A stretch of 64,000 bases of DNA. It comes from Candidatus Eiseniibacteriota bacterium (GTDB lineage Bacteria > Eisenbacteria > RBG-16-71-46). A program made the position numbers and the translations under genes. The DNA lies in assembly GCA_044222065.1 (NCBI GenBank), contig JBGAOA010000008.1, forward strand, positions 19,229 through 83,228, in the 5' to 3' direction. This document shows positions 1 to 7,500 of this stretch, piece by piece. Below the pieces are notes generated by a model. It made no database searches. It saw only the letters and a program-made list of their open reading frames with translations, and was not told the DNA's origin. Numbering within the stretch: position 1 is the stretch's first letter; every line of letters starts with the position of its first letter.

Positions 1-566
1 GGCTGGCCGACGCTGCCGACGTTGACGAGGTAGCGGCAGCCGTCGCGCATCGAGATCTCGGGCTCGCGCGTGTATCGCACGCGCCCCTCCTCGGCTTCGT
101 ACGAACCCGGGTAGTGCGAGTGCCCGATGAAGCACACGGCTTCCTCGAACGCCGACAGTTCGTACTCGGCGTCGTACGGCGACAGCACGTAGTTCCAGTC
201 CTCGGGCGACGCCGGAGAGGAGTGCACGAGCAGCGCGCCGGCGCGGCGCTCGACGTACGGCAGCGCTTCGAGGTACGCGCGGTTCTCGGCCGTGAGCGCG
301 GCGTCGGTCCAGCGCGCGGCCGAGGCGGCGTCGGAGTTGAAGTAGCGCAGCTGCAAGCGGCCGCACGCCGCGAGGTCGTGATTGCCGGCGACCGCGCACA
401 CGATGCGCGGCCGAAGCCGCTCGATGCACTCGTTCGGCGAGGCGCCGTAGCCGACGAAGTCGCCGAGGCACACGGTCTCGTCGATGCGCTGGCCTTCGAG
501 GTCGGCGAGAACGGCGTCGAGCGCCTCGAGGTTGCCGTGCACGTCGGAGACGATCGCGAGCCGCAT
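1..566 (-). CDS. Metallophosphoesterase (calcineurin-like) family protein, truncated by the window edge
   Basis: Translated by hand from ATG at 566: MRLAIVSDVHGNLEAL...CLGDFVGYG...AGNHD...FIGHSH...NVGSVGQ (DxH, GD, GNHD, GHxH motifs). The start overlaps the nusB stop. Confidence 0.9.
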   Translation of the reverse strand, partial: MRLAIVSDVHGNLEALDAVLADLEGQRIDETVCLGDFVGYGASPNECIERLRPRIVCAVAGNHDLAACGRLQLRYFNSDAASAARWTDAALTAENRAYLEALPYVERRAGALLVHSSPASPEDWNYVLSPYDAEYELSAFEEAVCFIGHSHYPGSYEAEEGRVRYTREPEISMRDGCRYLVNVGSVGQ

Positions 567-1093
567 CAGAATTCCCCGGGCCGCACGTCGCGCGCGACGC
601 GGTCGAGGACGCCGTTGACGAACCGCCCCGACTCCTCGCTCCCGAACGTCTTCGCGAGCTCCACGGCCTCGTCGAGGACGACGCGCGCGGGCGTGCCGCG
701 GCGCTCGAGAAGCTCGGCGACCGCGATGCGCAGCACGGCACGGTCGGTCGCGGCGAGGCGGTCGAGCGGCCAGTGCTCGGCGGCGCGCTGGATCGTCTCG
801 TCCACTTCGGCGCCGCGCGCGCCCAGGCAGCGGAACACGTCGTCCACGAGTTCGCGCTGGTCCTTCGACAGGCGCTCGTCCTCGCGGCGCGCGGGCCACG
901 CGGCCGAGAACGGCTCGCCGGTCAGCTCGGCCTGATAGGCGACGCGGAACGCGATCTCGCGCGCGTGTCGCCGCGCCGACTCACCGCCGCGCTTCGTGAT
1001 CGTCCGGGCGCCCTTCGGCACGCGCTTCTCCCCCGTCGAGTCCGTGTTCGTGGTCGCGTCCGCGCTCCGCACCGGGCGGCCGGGGCGCGTCAT
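566..1093 (-). CDS. nusB: Transcription antitermination factor NusB
   Basis: RRHAREIAFRVAYQ...WPLDRLAATDRAVLRIAVAEL...VVLDEAVELAKTFGSEESGRFVNGVLD; follows ribH; ATG at 1093 overlaps the ribH stop. Confidence 0.95.
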   Translation of the reverse strand: MTRPGRPVRSADATTNTDSTGEKRVPKGARTITKRGGESARRHAREIAFRVAYQAELTGEPFSAAWPARREDERLSKDQRELVDDVFRCLGARGAEVDETIQRAAEHWPLDRLAATDRAVLRIAVAELLERRGTPARVVLDEAVELAKTFGSEESGRFVNGVLDRVARDVRPGEF

Positions 1094-1569
1094 GCCCCGG
1101 AACCGCGCACGGCGCGCGAAAGCCGCGCCATCTGGATCGCGGCGAGCGCCGCGTCGGCGCCGCGATTGCCGAGTTCGCCACCGGTCCGGGCCGCGGCCTG
1201 CGGCGCATCGTAAGCCGCCAGAACCCCGTTGGCCACCGGCACGCCGGTGTCGAGCGACACGCGGAGCAGGCCGTCGGAGGCCGCGTCGCAGACGAGGCGG
1301 AAGTGCTCGGTCTCGCCGCGGATCACGCAGCCGAGCGCGACGACCGCGTCGAAGCGCCGCGAGTCCGCCGCCCAGCGGGCCGCGAGCGGAAGCTCGTAGC
1401 TGCCCGGCACCCACCAGGTCTCGATCGCGGCGTCGTCCGCGCCGCGGCCGCGCAGCACCTGCAGCGCCGCCGCGAGCAGGCGCTCGACGTACTCGGCGTT
1501 GAACCGCGCCGCGACGACGCAGAACCGCAGCCCCGAGGCGTCCGAGTCGGGCTTGCGCTCGAGGCTCAT
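1090..1569 (-). CDS. ribH: 6,7-dimethyl-8-ribityllumazine synthase
   Basis: VVAARFN...VPGSYELP...ALGCVIRGETEHF...PVANGVL; rib operon context. Confidence 0.95.
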   Translation of the reverse strand: MSLERKPDSDASGLRFCVVAARFNAEYVERLLAAALQVLRGRGADDAAIETWWVPGSYELPLAARWAADSRRFDAVVALGCVIRGETEHFRLVCDAASDGLLRVSLDTGVPVANGVLAAYDAPQAAARTGGELGNRGADAALAAIQMARLSRAVRGSGA

Positions 1570-2861
1570 TCGCCCGCCTCCGGCAGCAGGTCGAGCAGGT
1601 GCCCGAGCTTGTCGCGCTTCGTCGCGAGATAGCGCCGGTTGAAGCGGTTCGCCGGGATCTTCACGGCGACGCGGCGGGCGATCTCGAGCCCGTAGGCCTC
1701 GAGCCCGATGATCTTGCGCGGGTTGTTCGTCATGAGAGCGATCCGCCGGACGCCGAGGTCCACGAGGATCTGCGCCCCGATGCCGTAGTCGCGCAGGTCG
1801 GCCGGGAAGCCGAGCTTCACGTTCGCCTCGACCGTGTCGTAGCCACGGTCCTGAAGCTCGTAGGCGCGCAGCTTGTTCGCGAGCCCGATGCCGCGGCCCT
1901 CCTGCCGCAGGTAGAGGAACACGCCGCGGCCCTTGCGCGCGATCGCGCGCAGCGCGGAGCGCATCTGCGGACCGCAGTCGCAGCGCTGCGAGCCGAACAC
2001 GTCGCCCGTGAGGCACTGGCTGTGAACGCGCGAGAGCACGGGGCCGCCGCGGCGCAGGTCCCCCATCACGAGCGCGACGTGGTGGTCGCCCGCGAGCACG
2101 TCTTCGTAGAGATGCAGCGTGAAGCGCCCCTCGGCGGTCGGCAGCGGCACCGACACGACGCGGCGCACGAGGCGTTCGCGGTGACGCCGGTACTCGATCA
2201 GCGCGCGGATCGTCAGGATGCCGAGCCCGTGCGCGCGCGCGAAGCGCTGCAGTTCCGGCAGGCGCATCATGTGGCCGTCGTCCGTGAGCACCTCGCACAG
2301 CGCGCCGACGGGCCGCAGACCCGCGAGCCGGCACAGGTCCGGCACGGCTTCGCTGTGTCCCGCGCGCCGCAGCACGCCGCCCGGCATCGCGCGCAGCGGG
2401 AACACGTGGCCGGGGCGGTCGAAGTCGCGCGAGCCGGTCTTCGGGTCGGCGAGCGCGCGCAGCGTCTTCGCGCGGTCGAACGCGCTCGTGCCGGTCGTCG
2501 TGCCGCGCCGCACGTCCACCGATTCGGTGAACGGCGTGCCGAAGCGCGCGGTGTTCTTCTCGACCATGAGTTCGAGCCCGAGCCGTTCGGCTTCCTCGGC
2601 GGCCATCGGCGCGCACAGGATTCCGCGCCCGTGCTTGATCGCGAAGTTCACCTGCTCGGGCGTCGCGGTCTCGGCCGGGAACACGACGTCGCCTTCGTTC
2701 TCGCGATCGGCGTCGTCCACGACGATGATCATCCGGCCCGTGCGGAACCGCCGGATCGCCTCGGGAACGGTGAGGAACACGGACTCCCGCGCGGTGCGGG
2801 TTCCGGCGCCGGCGCGCGCGCGCGCCGGAGTCCTGCGCTTCGACGGCGAACGCCGCCTCAT
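1566..2861 (-). CDS. ribBA: Bifunctional DHBP synthase / GTP cyclohydrolase II
   Basis: VVDDADRENEGD, RPGHVFPL, RAGHSEA (RibB half); RVHSQCLTGDVFGSQRCDCG, YLRQEGRGIGL, MTNNPRK (RibA half). Confidence 0.95.
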   Translation of the reverse strand: MRRRSPSKRRTPARARAGAGTRTARESVFLTVPEAIRRFRTGRMIIVVDDADRENEGDVVFPAETATPEQVNFAIKHGRGILCAPMAAEEAERLGLELMVEKNTARFGTPFTESVDVRRGTTTGTSAFDRAKTLRALADPKTGSRDFDRPGHVFPLRAMPGGVLRRAGHSEAVPDLCRLAGLRPVGALCEVLTDDGHMMRLPELQRFARAHGLGILTIRALIEYRRHRERLVRRVVSVPLPTAEGRFTLHLYEDVLAGDHHVALVMGDLRRGGPVLSRVHSQCLTGDVFGSQRCDCGPQMRSALRAIARKGRGVFLYLRQEGRGIGLANKLRAYELQDRGYDTVEANVKLGFPADLRDYGIGAQILVDLGVRRIALMTNNPRKIIGLEAYGLEIARRVAVKIPANRFNRRYLATKRDKLGHLLDLLPEAGE

Positions 2862-3487
2862 GACTGCCTCCGGGTGACGCCCGCGTCGTCGAGCAGGCGC
2901 GCGACGTAGCGGGCGACGAGATCCACTTCGAGATGCACTCGCCGCCCGGGGACGTAGTCCCCCGCGACGGTCACGGCGAGCGTGTGCGGGATGAACGCGA
3001 CCTGGAACGTGCGCGCGTCGCAGGCTGCGACCGTGAGGCTGACGCCGTCCACCGCGACCGAGCCCTTCTCGGCGACGAAGCGCGCGAGCGTTCCGGGCGC
3101 CTCGAACGTCACGCGCGCGCCCTCGCCCTCGCGCGCGACCGCGAGCACTTCGGCGACGGCGTCCACGTGACCGACGACGAGGTGCCCGCCGAGCCGCTGG
3201 TCGGCGCGCACGCTGCGCTCGAGGTTCACGCGCTCGCCCGGCGTCCACGCGCCGAGCGTCGTGCGCGAGAGCGTCTCGGGCACGGCCTCGACGGCGAAGC
3301 GCCCGTCGCGCCCCTCGGCCGGGGATGCGAGCTTCACGACGGTGAGGCAGCAGCCGTTGACGGCGATGCTGTCGCCCACGGCGGCGTCCTCGAGCACGCG
3401 CGGAGCGGCGATCCAGAAACGCCGCCCGCCTTCCATCGGTTCGACCGCCTCGACGCGGCCCAGCGCTTCCACGATTCCGGTGAACAT
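2858..3487 (-). CDS. ribE: Riboflavin synthase (alpha chain)
   Basis: N-terminal MFTGIVE, GDSIAVNGCCLTV, VNLERS, GGHLVVGHVD, KGSVAVDGVSLTV. Confidence 0.95.
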   Translation of the reverse strand: MFTGIVEALGRVEAVEPMEGGRRFWIAAPRVLEDAAVGDSIAVNGCCLTVVKLASPAEGRDGRFAVEAVPETLSRTTLGAWTPGERVNLERSVRADQRLGGHLVVGHVDAVAEVLAVAREGEGARVTFEAPGTLARFVAEKGSVAVDGVSLTVAACDARTFQVAFIPHTLAVTVAGDYVPGRRVHLEVDLVARYVARLLDDAGVTRRQS

Positions 3488-4596
3488 CAGCGCGCCACCT
3501 CCACGAGCAGGTACGCGTCGTCGCCGAAGCGGCGCTGTTCGAGCAGCCGCCCCCCGCGCGCTCGGGCGAGCGAGCGGCCCGGCCAGCGGCCGAGCCACGC
3601 GAGCGAGTCGGCGCCGAGCACGCGCGGCGCGACGAACACCGCGACGCGGTCCACGAGGCCGCGGCGCAGCCACGGCGTCCCGAGGCCGGGACCGCACTCG
3701 AGCATCACGTCGTGGCAGCCGTGAGCGGCGAGCCGCGCGAGCAGCGCCGCAGCCGAGACGGCGCCGCGCGGCGCGGGCAGCCGCCACACGCGCACGCCGC
3801 GCGCGAGCAGCCGGCTCTCCCGCGCGCGGCTCGCGCGCGGCCCGCACGCGACGATCGTCCCGCGCGCGAGCGCGGGCCCGAAGAGCCGAAGCGTCGGCGG
3901 CAGCGCGAGCGCCGAATCCACGACGATGCGCAGCGGCTGGCGCACGACGCCGCGGCCGCGCGCCGTGAGCCGCGGATCGTCGGCCGCCGCCGTGCCCGCC
4001 CCCACGACGATCGCGTCCGCCGCGGCCCGCAGCCGGTGAACGTGAGCACGCGAGGCGGTGTTCGTGATCCAGCGCGAGCGGCCCGCCGGGTCGGCGATGC
4101 GGCCGTCGAGCGTCGCGGCGACCTTCCACGTGACCCGAGGCCGGCCGTGGCGGTGGCGGAACGCGTAGGCGCCGAGCAGTTCGCGCGCCTCGCGCTCGAG
4201 CACGCCGAGCGTGACGCGCACGCCGCCCGCGCGCAGGCGGCGAAGGCCGCGGCCGTTCACGATCGCGTGCGGGTCGCGCGTCGCGACGACGCAGCGGCCG
4301 ACGCGCGCGGCGAGGATCGCGTCCACGCACGGCGGCGTGCGGCCCACGTGGGCGCACGGCTCGAGCGTCACGTAGAGCGTCGCGCCGCGCGCGCGAGCGC
4401 CGGCCGCGCGCAGCGCGACCGCCTCGGCGTGGTCTTCGCCGAGCGCGCGATGCCAGCCCTCCCCGACGACGCGGCCGCCGCGCACGACGACGGCGCCGAC
4501 GTTCGGATTCGGACGCGTGCGCACGCCGCCGCGGCGCGCGAGTTCGAGCGCCCGCCGCATGAATCGTTCATCCGCTGTCGAAGTGGTCCGGCTCAT
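3487..4596 (-). CDS. ribD: Bifunctional pyrimidine deaminase / reductase RibD
   Basis: PNPNVGAVVV, HAE, LYVTLEPCAHVGRTPPC, KVAATLDG, SRWIT. Start is uncertain (4596 or slightly downstream). Confidence 0.93.
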   Translation of the reverse strand: MSRTTSTADERFMRRALELARRGGVRTRPNPNVGAVVVRGGRVVGEGWHRALGEDHAEAVALRAAGARARGATLYVTLEPCAHVGRTPPCVDAILAARVGRCVVATRDPHAIVNGRGLRRLRAGGVRVTLGVLEREARELLGAYAFRHRHGRPRVTWKVAATLDGRIADPAGRSRWITNTASRAHVHRLRAAADAIVVGAGTAAADDPRLTARGRGVVRQPLRIVVDSALALPPTLRLFGPALARGTIVACGPRASRARESRLLARGVRVWRLPAPRGAVSAAALLARLAAHGCHDVMLECGPGLGTPWLRRGLVDRVAVFVAPRVLGADSLAWLGRWPGRSLARARGGRLLEQRRFGDDAYLLVEVAR

Positions 4597-4687
4597 GCCC
4601 GCCTGAAACGAACTCCCCGTGTCGGACTCCACGGGGCGTGGCAGGGCAAGCGCCTGCGGGGCCCGGGACGGAAACCCAGGGCCCTTC

Positions 4688-4852
4688 TCCTTCTTTCATC
4701 CCGACTGTACGGTCGGCCCCGGAGTTTCACCGGGTCTGCTGCAGAGCGTCCGGCTGTCGCACGAAGCGCCGGACCCGAAGTCCGGTGCGCCGGTCGCTCC
4801 CGCTCGCGGGCTTTACCGCCGGTGGGGACTTGCACCCCGCCCCGAAGGAGCT
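4688..4852 (-). ncRNA. FMN riboswitch (RFN element)
   Basis: Minus strand reads CTTCGGGGCGGGGTGCAAGTCCCCACCGGCGGTAAAGCCCGCGAG...GCAGACCCGGTGAAACTCCGGGGCCGACCGTACAGTCGGGATGAAAGAAG, matching the RFN consensus; lies directly upstream of ribD. Confidence 0.95.
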
Positions 4853-4864
4853 GTGAGGGCGCGG

Positions 4865-4893
4865 ACACTAGAGAGCGCCCTCGCAGCTGTCAA
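4865..4893 (-). promoter_or_regulatory. Sigma70-type promoter of the rib operon
   Basis: TTGACA (4893-4888), 17-nt spacer, TAGTGT (4870-4865), just upstream of the riboswitch. Confidence 0.75.
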
Positions 4894-4927
4894 AGGCGCG
4901 CGGGCGGAATGTCGCGCGGAGGCGCGC

Positions 4928-5503
4928 TCAGAAGTGGAAGACGAGCCGCGCGCCGAACAGCGTCCACGTCTCCTCGTCGAGGAGCCCGAGCCGTGAACTC
5001 AGCTCGAGTCCGACGCGGACCGGCATCGGCCGCTTCGACATCAGCGTCGCGTCGAGCCCGAAGCCGAGGGCGTTCTCGCCGCGCGCGAGATCTTCGAATG
5101 CGACCGCGGCGCCCGAGGCGGAGACTTCGGCGTTGCCGTGCACGATCCCGGGGCCGAACGACACGCGGCCGACGGGGCCCAGCCCCTTCGGCTGCCAGTG
5201 CGTCATCAGCAGCAGGTCCACCTGCGAGTAGTCCACGGACGCCGCGAGGCTGCCGCGTTCGACGTTGCGGCCGCCGAGCAGGTGGAAGCCGAGGTCGAGT
5301 CCGATTCGCCAGTCGGGCAAAAGCGGAACGTCGAGTCCCGCGGAAGCGGAGAGCGAGCCGCCCGGAGCGTCGGACACGAACAGCTTCGCGCCGCCAACGC
5401 CCACGTGGCCGCCGATCGATTCGAGCTTCGGCCCCGCGCAGGCCGCACCGGCGAGCGCGAGGGTGGCCGCGATAGCGGCGGCGAACGCCGCGGCGCGCTT
5501 CAT
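4928..5503 (-). CDS. Small putative outer-membrane beta-barrel protein
   Basis: Signal peptide MKRAAAFAAAIAATLALAGAACA, alternating amphipathic strands, C-terminal Phe (ARLVFHF); ATGA overlap with the ychF stop. Confidence 0.65.
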   Translation of the reverse strand: MKRAAAFAAAIAATLALAGAACAGPKLESIGGHVGVGGAKLFVSDAPGGSLSASAGLDVPLLPDWRIGLDLGFHLLGGRNVERGSLAASVDYSQVDLLLMTHWQPKGLGPVGRVSFGPGIVHGNAEVSASGAAVAFEDLARGENALGFGLDATLMSKRPMPVRVGLELSSRLGLLDEETWTLFGARLVFHF

Positions 5504-6549
5504 TTGTTGAACCGGATCTCGAGACATTCGCCGTCCTTCACGACGTACTCGCGGCCCTCGAGCCGGAGCAGCGCCTTCTCCTTCGCCTTCGCGTGGCCGC
5601 CCGCGTCCAGCAGTTCCTGCCAGCCGACGACCTCCGCGCGGATGAACCCCTTCGCGAGATCCGAGTGGATCTCGCCTGCGGCGTCCACCGCCTTCTCGCC
5701 GCGCGCGATCGTCCACGCGCGGACCTCGTCCGGACCGACCGTGAAGAACGAGATCAGCCCGAGCAGCTCGTAGCTCGCCCGGATCACGAGGCCGAGCCCG
5801 TCCTCCTCGACGCCCATCTCGGCGCGGAACGTCGCGCGCTCCTCGGCCGGGAGCGACACGATCTCGCGTTCGAGATGCGCCCGCAGCGCGACCGCCATCG
5901 CGTTCGGCCCGGGCGCGGGCGGCGTGCGCGTGGACGCGTCGTCCTGGTTGTACACCGCGAGCAGCGGCTTGCGCGACAGAAGTTGGAAGCCGCGCAGCCA
6001 CCGGTCCTCGTCGGCGTCGAACGCGACGCCGCGCAGCGCCTGTTCCCCCTCGAGCAGTTCGCGGCAGCGCTGAAGCACCTGGTGCTCGCGCTCGCCCTGC
6101 TTCTTGCCGACGCGCAGTTCCTTCTCGATTCGCTCCAAGCGCGTCTCGCAGATCGCGAGGTCGTTCAGGATCAGCTCGGCCTCGAGGTTGCGGAGGTCGC
6201 GGGCGGGATCCACGCCGCCGGGCTGCGGCACGGCCGGATTCTCGAAGTCGCGCACGACGGCGACGAGCATGTCGCAGTTGCGCACGGCGGCGAACAGGTC
6301 CACGCCCTTTCCCGGCTTCGTTCCGTGCCCCGCCGCGGCGCTGTCCACGAACTGGATCTGCGCGTACGTCGTCTTCTTCGGCTGGAACAGCGCGGACAAA
6401 CGGTCGATCCGCTCGTCGGGCACCTTCACGACTCCGACGGCGTCGCGCCCGGACGGCCCGGGCGCGGAGCCTCCCGCGCCCTGCAGCAGGATCTCGAAAA
6501 GGGTGGTCTTGCCCGACTGCGGCAGACCGAGCAGGCCGACTCGTTTCAT
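5500..6549 (-). CDS. ychF: YchF/Obg-family ATPase (DUF933/TGS C-terminus)
   Basis: GLPQSGKTT, VKVPDERIDRL, LISFFTVGPDEVRAWT, AAGEIHSDLAKGFIRAEV, RLEGREYVVKDGE. Confidence 0.9.
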   Translation of the reverse strand: MKRVGLLGLPQSGKTTLFEILLQGAGGSAPGPSGRDAVGVVKVPDERIDRLSALFQPKKTTYAQIQFVDSAAAGHGTKPGKGVDLFAAVRNCDMLVAVVRDFENPAVPQPGGVDPARDLRNLEAELILNDLAICETRLERIEKELRVGKKQGEREHQVLQRCRELLEGEQALRGVAFDADEDRWLRGFQLLSRKPLLAVYNQDDASTRTPPAPGPNAMAVALRAHLEREIVSLPAEERATFRAEMGVEEDGLGLVIRASYELLGLISFFTVGPDEVRAWTIARGEKAVDAAGEIHSDLAKGFIRAEVVGWQELLDAGGHAKAKEKALLRLEGREYVVKDGECLEIRFNK

Positions 6550-6566
6550 GGGGCCTCGATCGGACG

Positions 6567-6599
6567 TGAAAAACCCGCGGGGCGTGTTCCCCGCGGGTT
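6567..6599 (-). terminator. Intrinsic terminator-like hairpin
   Basis: 11-bp stem AACCCGCGGGG/CCCCGCGGGTT, 6-nt loop, running into a T tract on the minus strand, downstream of the zf-HC2 gene. Confidence 0.6.
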
Positions 6600-6640
6600 C
6601 GAACTCGGGTGCGGCAGTCTAGGAGCGGGCTATCGAATCG

Positions 6641-6895
6641 TCAACGCCCCGTGCCGTCGCGCGTCTCGTACTCGCGCGAGAGCGCGAGCGCGAGTTGCTC
6701 GCTGACGCGCGCGGGCATCGGCACTTCGACGTTGTTCTGGTAGAGGACGATCGTCTTCTTCACCGTGTCGACGTAGACGCGACAGTCGCGACAGCGGACG
6801 AGGTGCGCTTCCATCGCGCGGCAGAGTTCGAGGCGCGCGTCCTCGTCGAGATAGTCGGCGAGGTGCTCGAACACCTCGTTGCAGTTCAGATCCAA
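6641..6895 (-). CDS. zf-HC2 (ZAS) anti-sigma factor-like protein
   Basis: LNCNEVFEHLADYLD...EAHLVRCRDC (C...HxxxCxxC); TTG start with GGAG upstream. Confidence 0.85.
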   Translation of the reverse strand: MDLNCNEVFEHLADYLDEDARLELCRAMEAHLVRCRDCRVYVDTVKKTIVLYQNNVEVPMPARVSEQLALALSREYETRDGTGR

Positions 6896-7096
6896 GGCTG
6901 TCGTTCTCCGTGTTCGGCCGTGGGGAACCGAAGTGGCGCGGGGCCCTTCATCGGACGACCCGGGCGCCGACCGCGGCGCCGATCCGTGGCTCTAGATGCA
7001 GGGCCGCGAGTGCCGGTTTGCAGAAAATTGACCCGATTCGGAGGTGCCGGAAGACGCGGAAACTGCACGGGCGTGCCGCCCGGCGAACCCGCGGCC

Positions 7097-7172
7097 TGGT
7101 GACCCGTGCTGGAATCGAACCAGCGACCCTCTGCTTAAAAGGCAGGTGCTCTACCGACTGAGCTAACGGGTC
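7097..7172 (-). tRNA. tRNA-Lys(UUU)
   Basis: GACCCGTTAGCTCAGTCGGTAGAGCACCTGCCTTTTAAGCAGAGGGTCGCTGGTTCGATTCCAGCACGGGTCACCA; cloverleaf, anticodon TTT, encoded CCA. Confidence 0.97.
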
Positions 7173-7296
7173 ACGAGGCCGCGCGGTGCGTGAGCGGCAC
7201 GCCCGCGGAGCGACGCGCGACGCCGCGGTTATATCGGCTGAGCCCGCGCAGTGGCAAACCTCGCACCCCCTGGGTCCCCGCTCGACCGGCCGCACG

Positions 7297-7500
7297 TCAG
7301 CACTCCTTCGAGGGCGGCGCGGCGCCGCGGGGCTTCGCGCGATCCCGCCCCGGCTTCCACTCCGACTCGTCGTCGAGCGCGCGATAGGCGGGCGTGACGA
7401 GGTCGTCGTACTGGCCGCGGCGCGCGCTCCAGTGGAAGGCGACGACCGCGACGACGAGCAGCAGGAACGCCGCCGGGGTGACCACGTAGAGCACGCTCAT
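7297..7500 (-). CDS. ccoS: cbb3 oxidase assembly protein CcoS/FixS
   Basis: MSVLYVVTPAAFLLL...FHWSARRGQYDDLVTPAYRALDDE; last gene of the cco cluster. Confidence 0.9.
   Translation of the reverse strand: MSVLYVVTPAAFLLLVVAVVAFHWSARRGQYDDLVTPAYRALDDESEWKPGRDRAKPRGAAPPSKEC

Noticed and set aside
6584..6595. GTGTTCCCCGCG resembles the start of a type I-E CRISPR repeat
   Set aside because: Single copy, explained as the loop and arm of a terminator hairpin; no spacers or cas genes.
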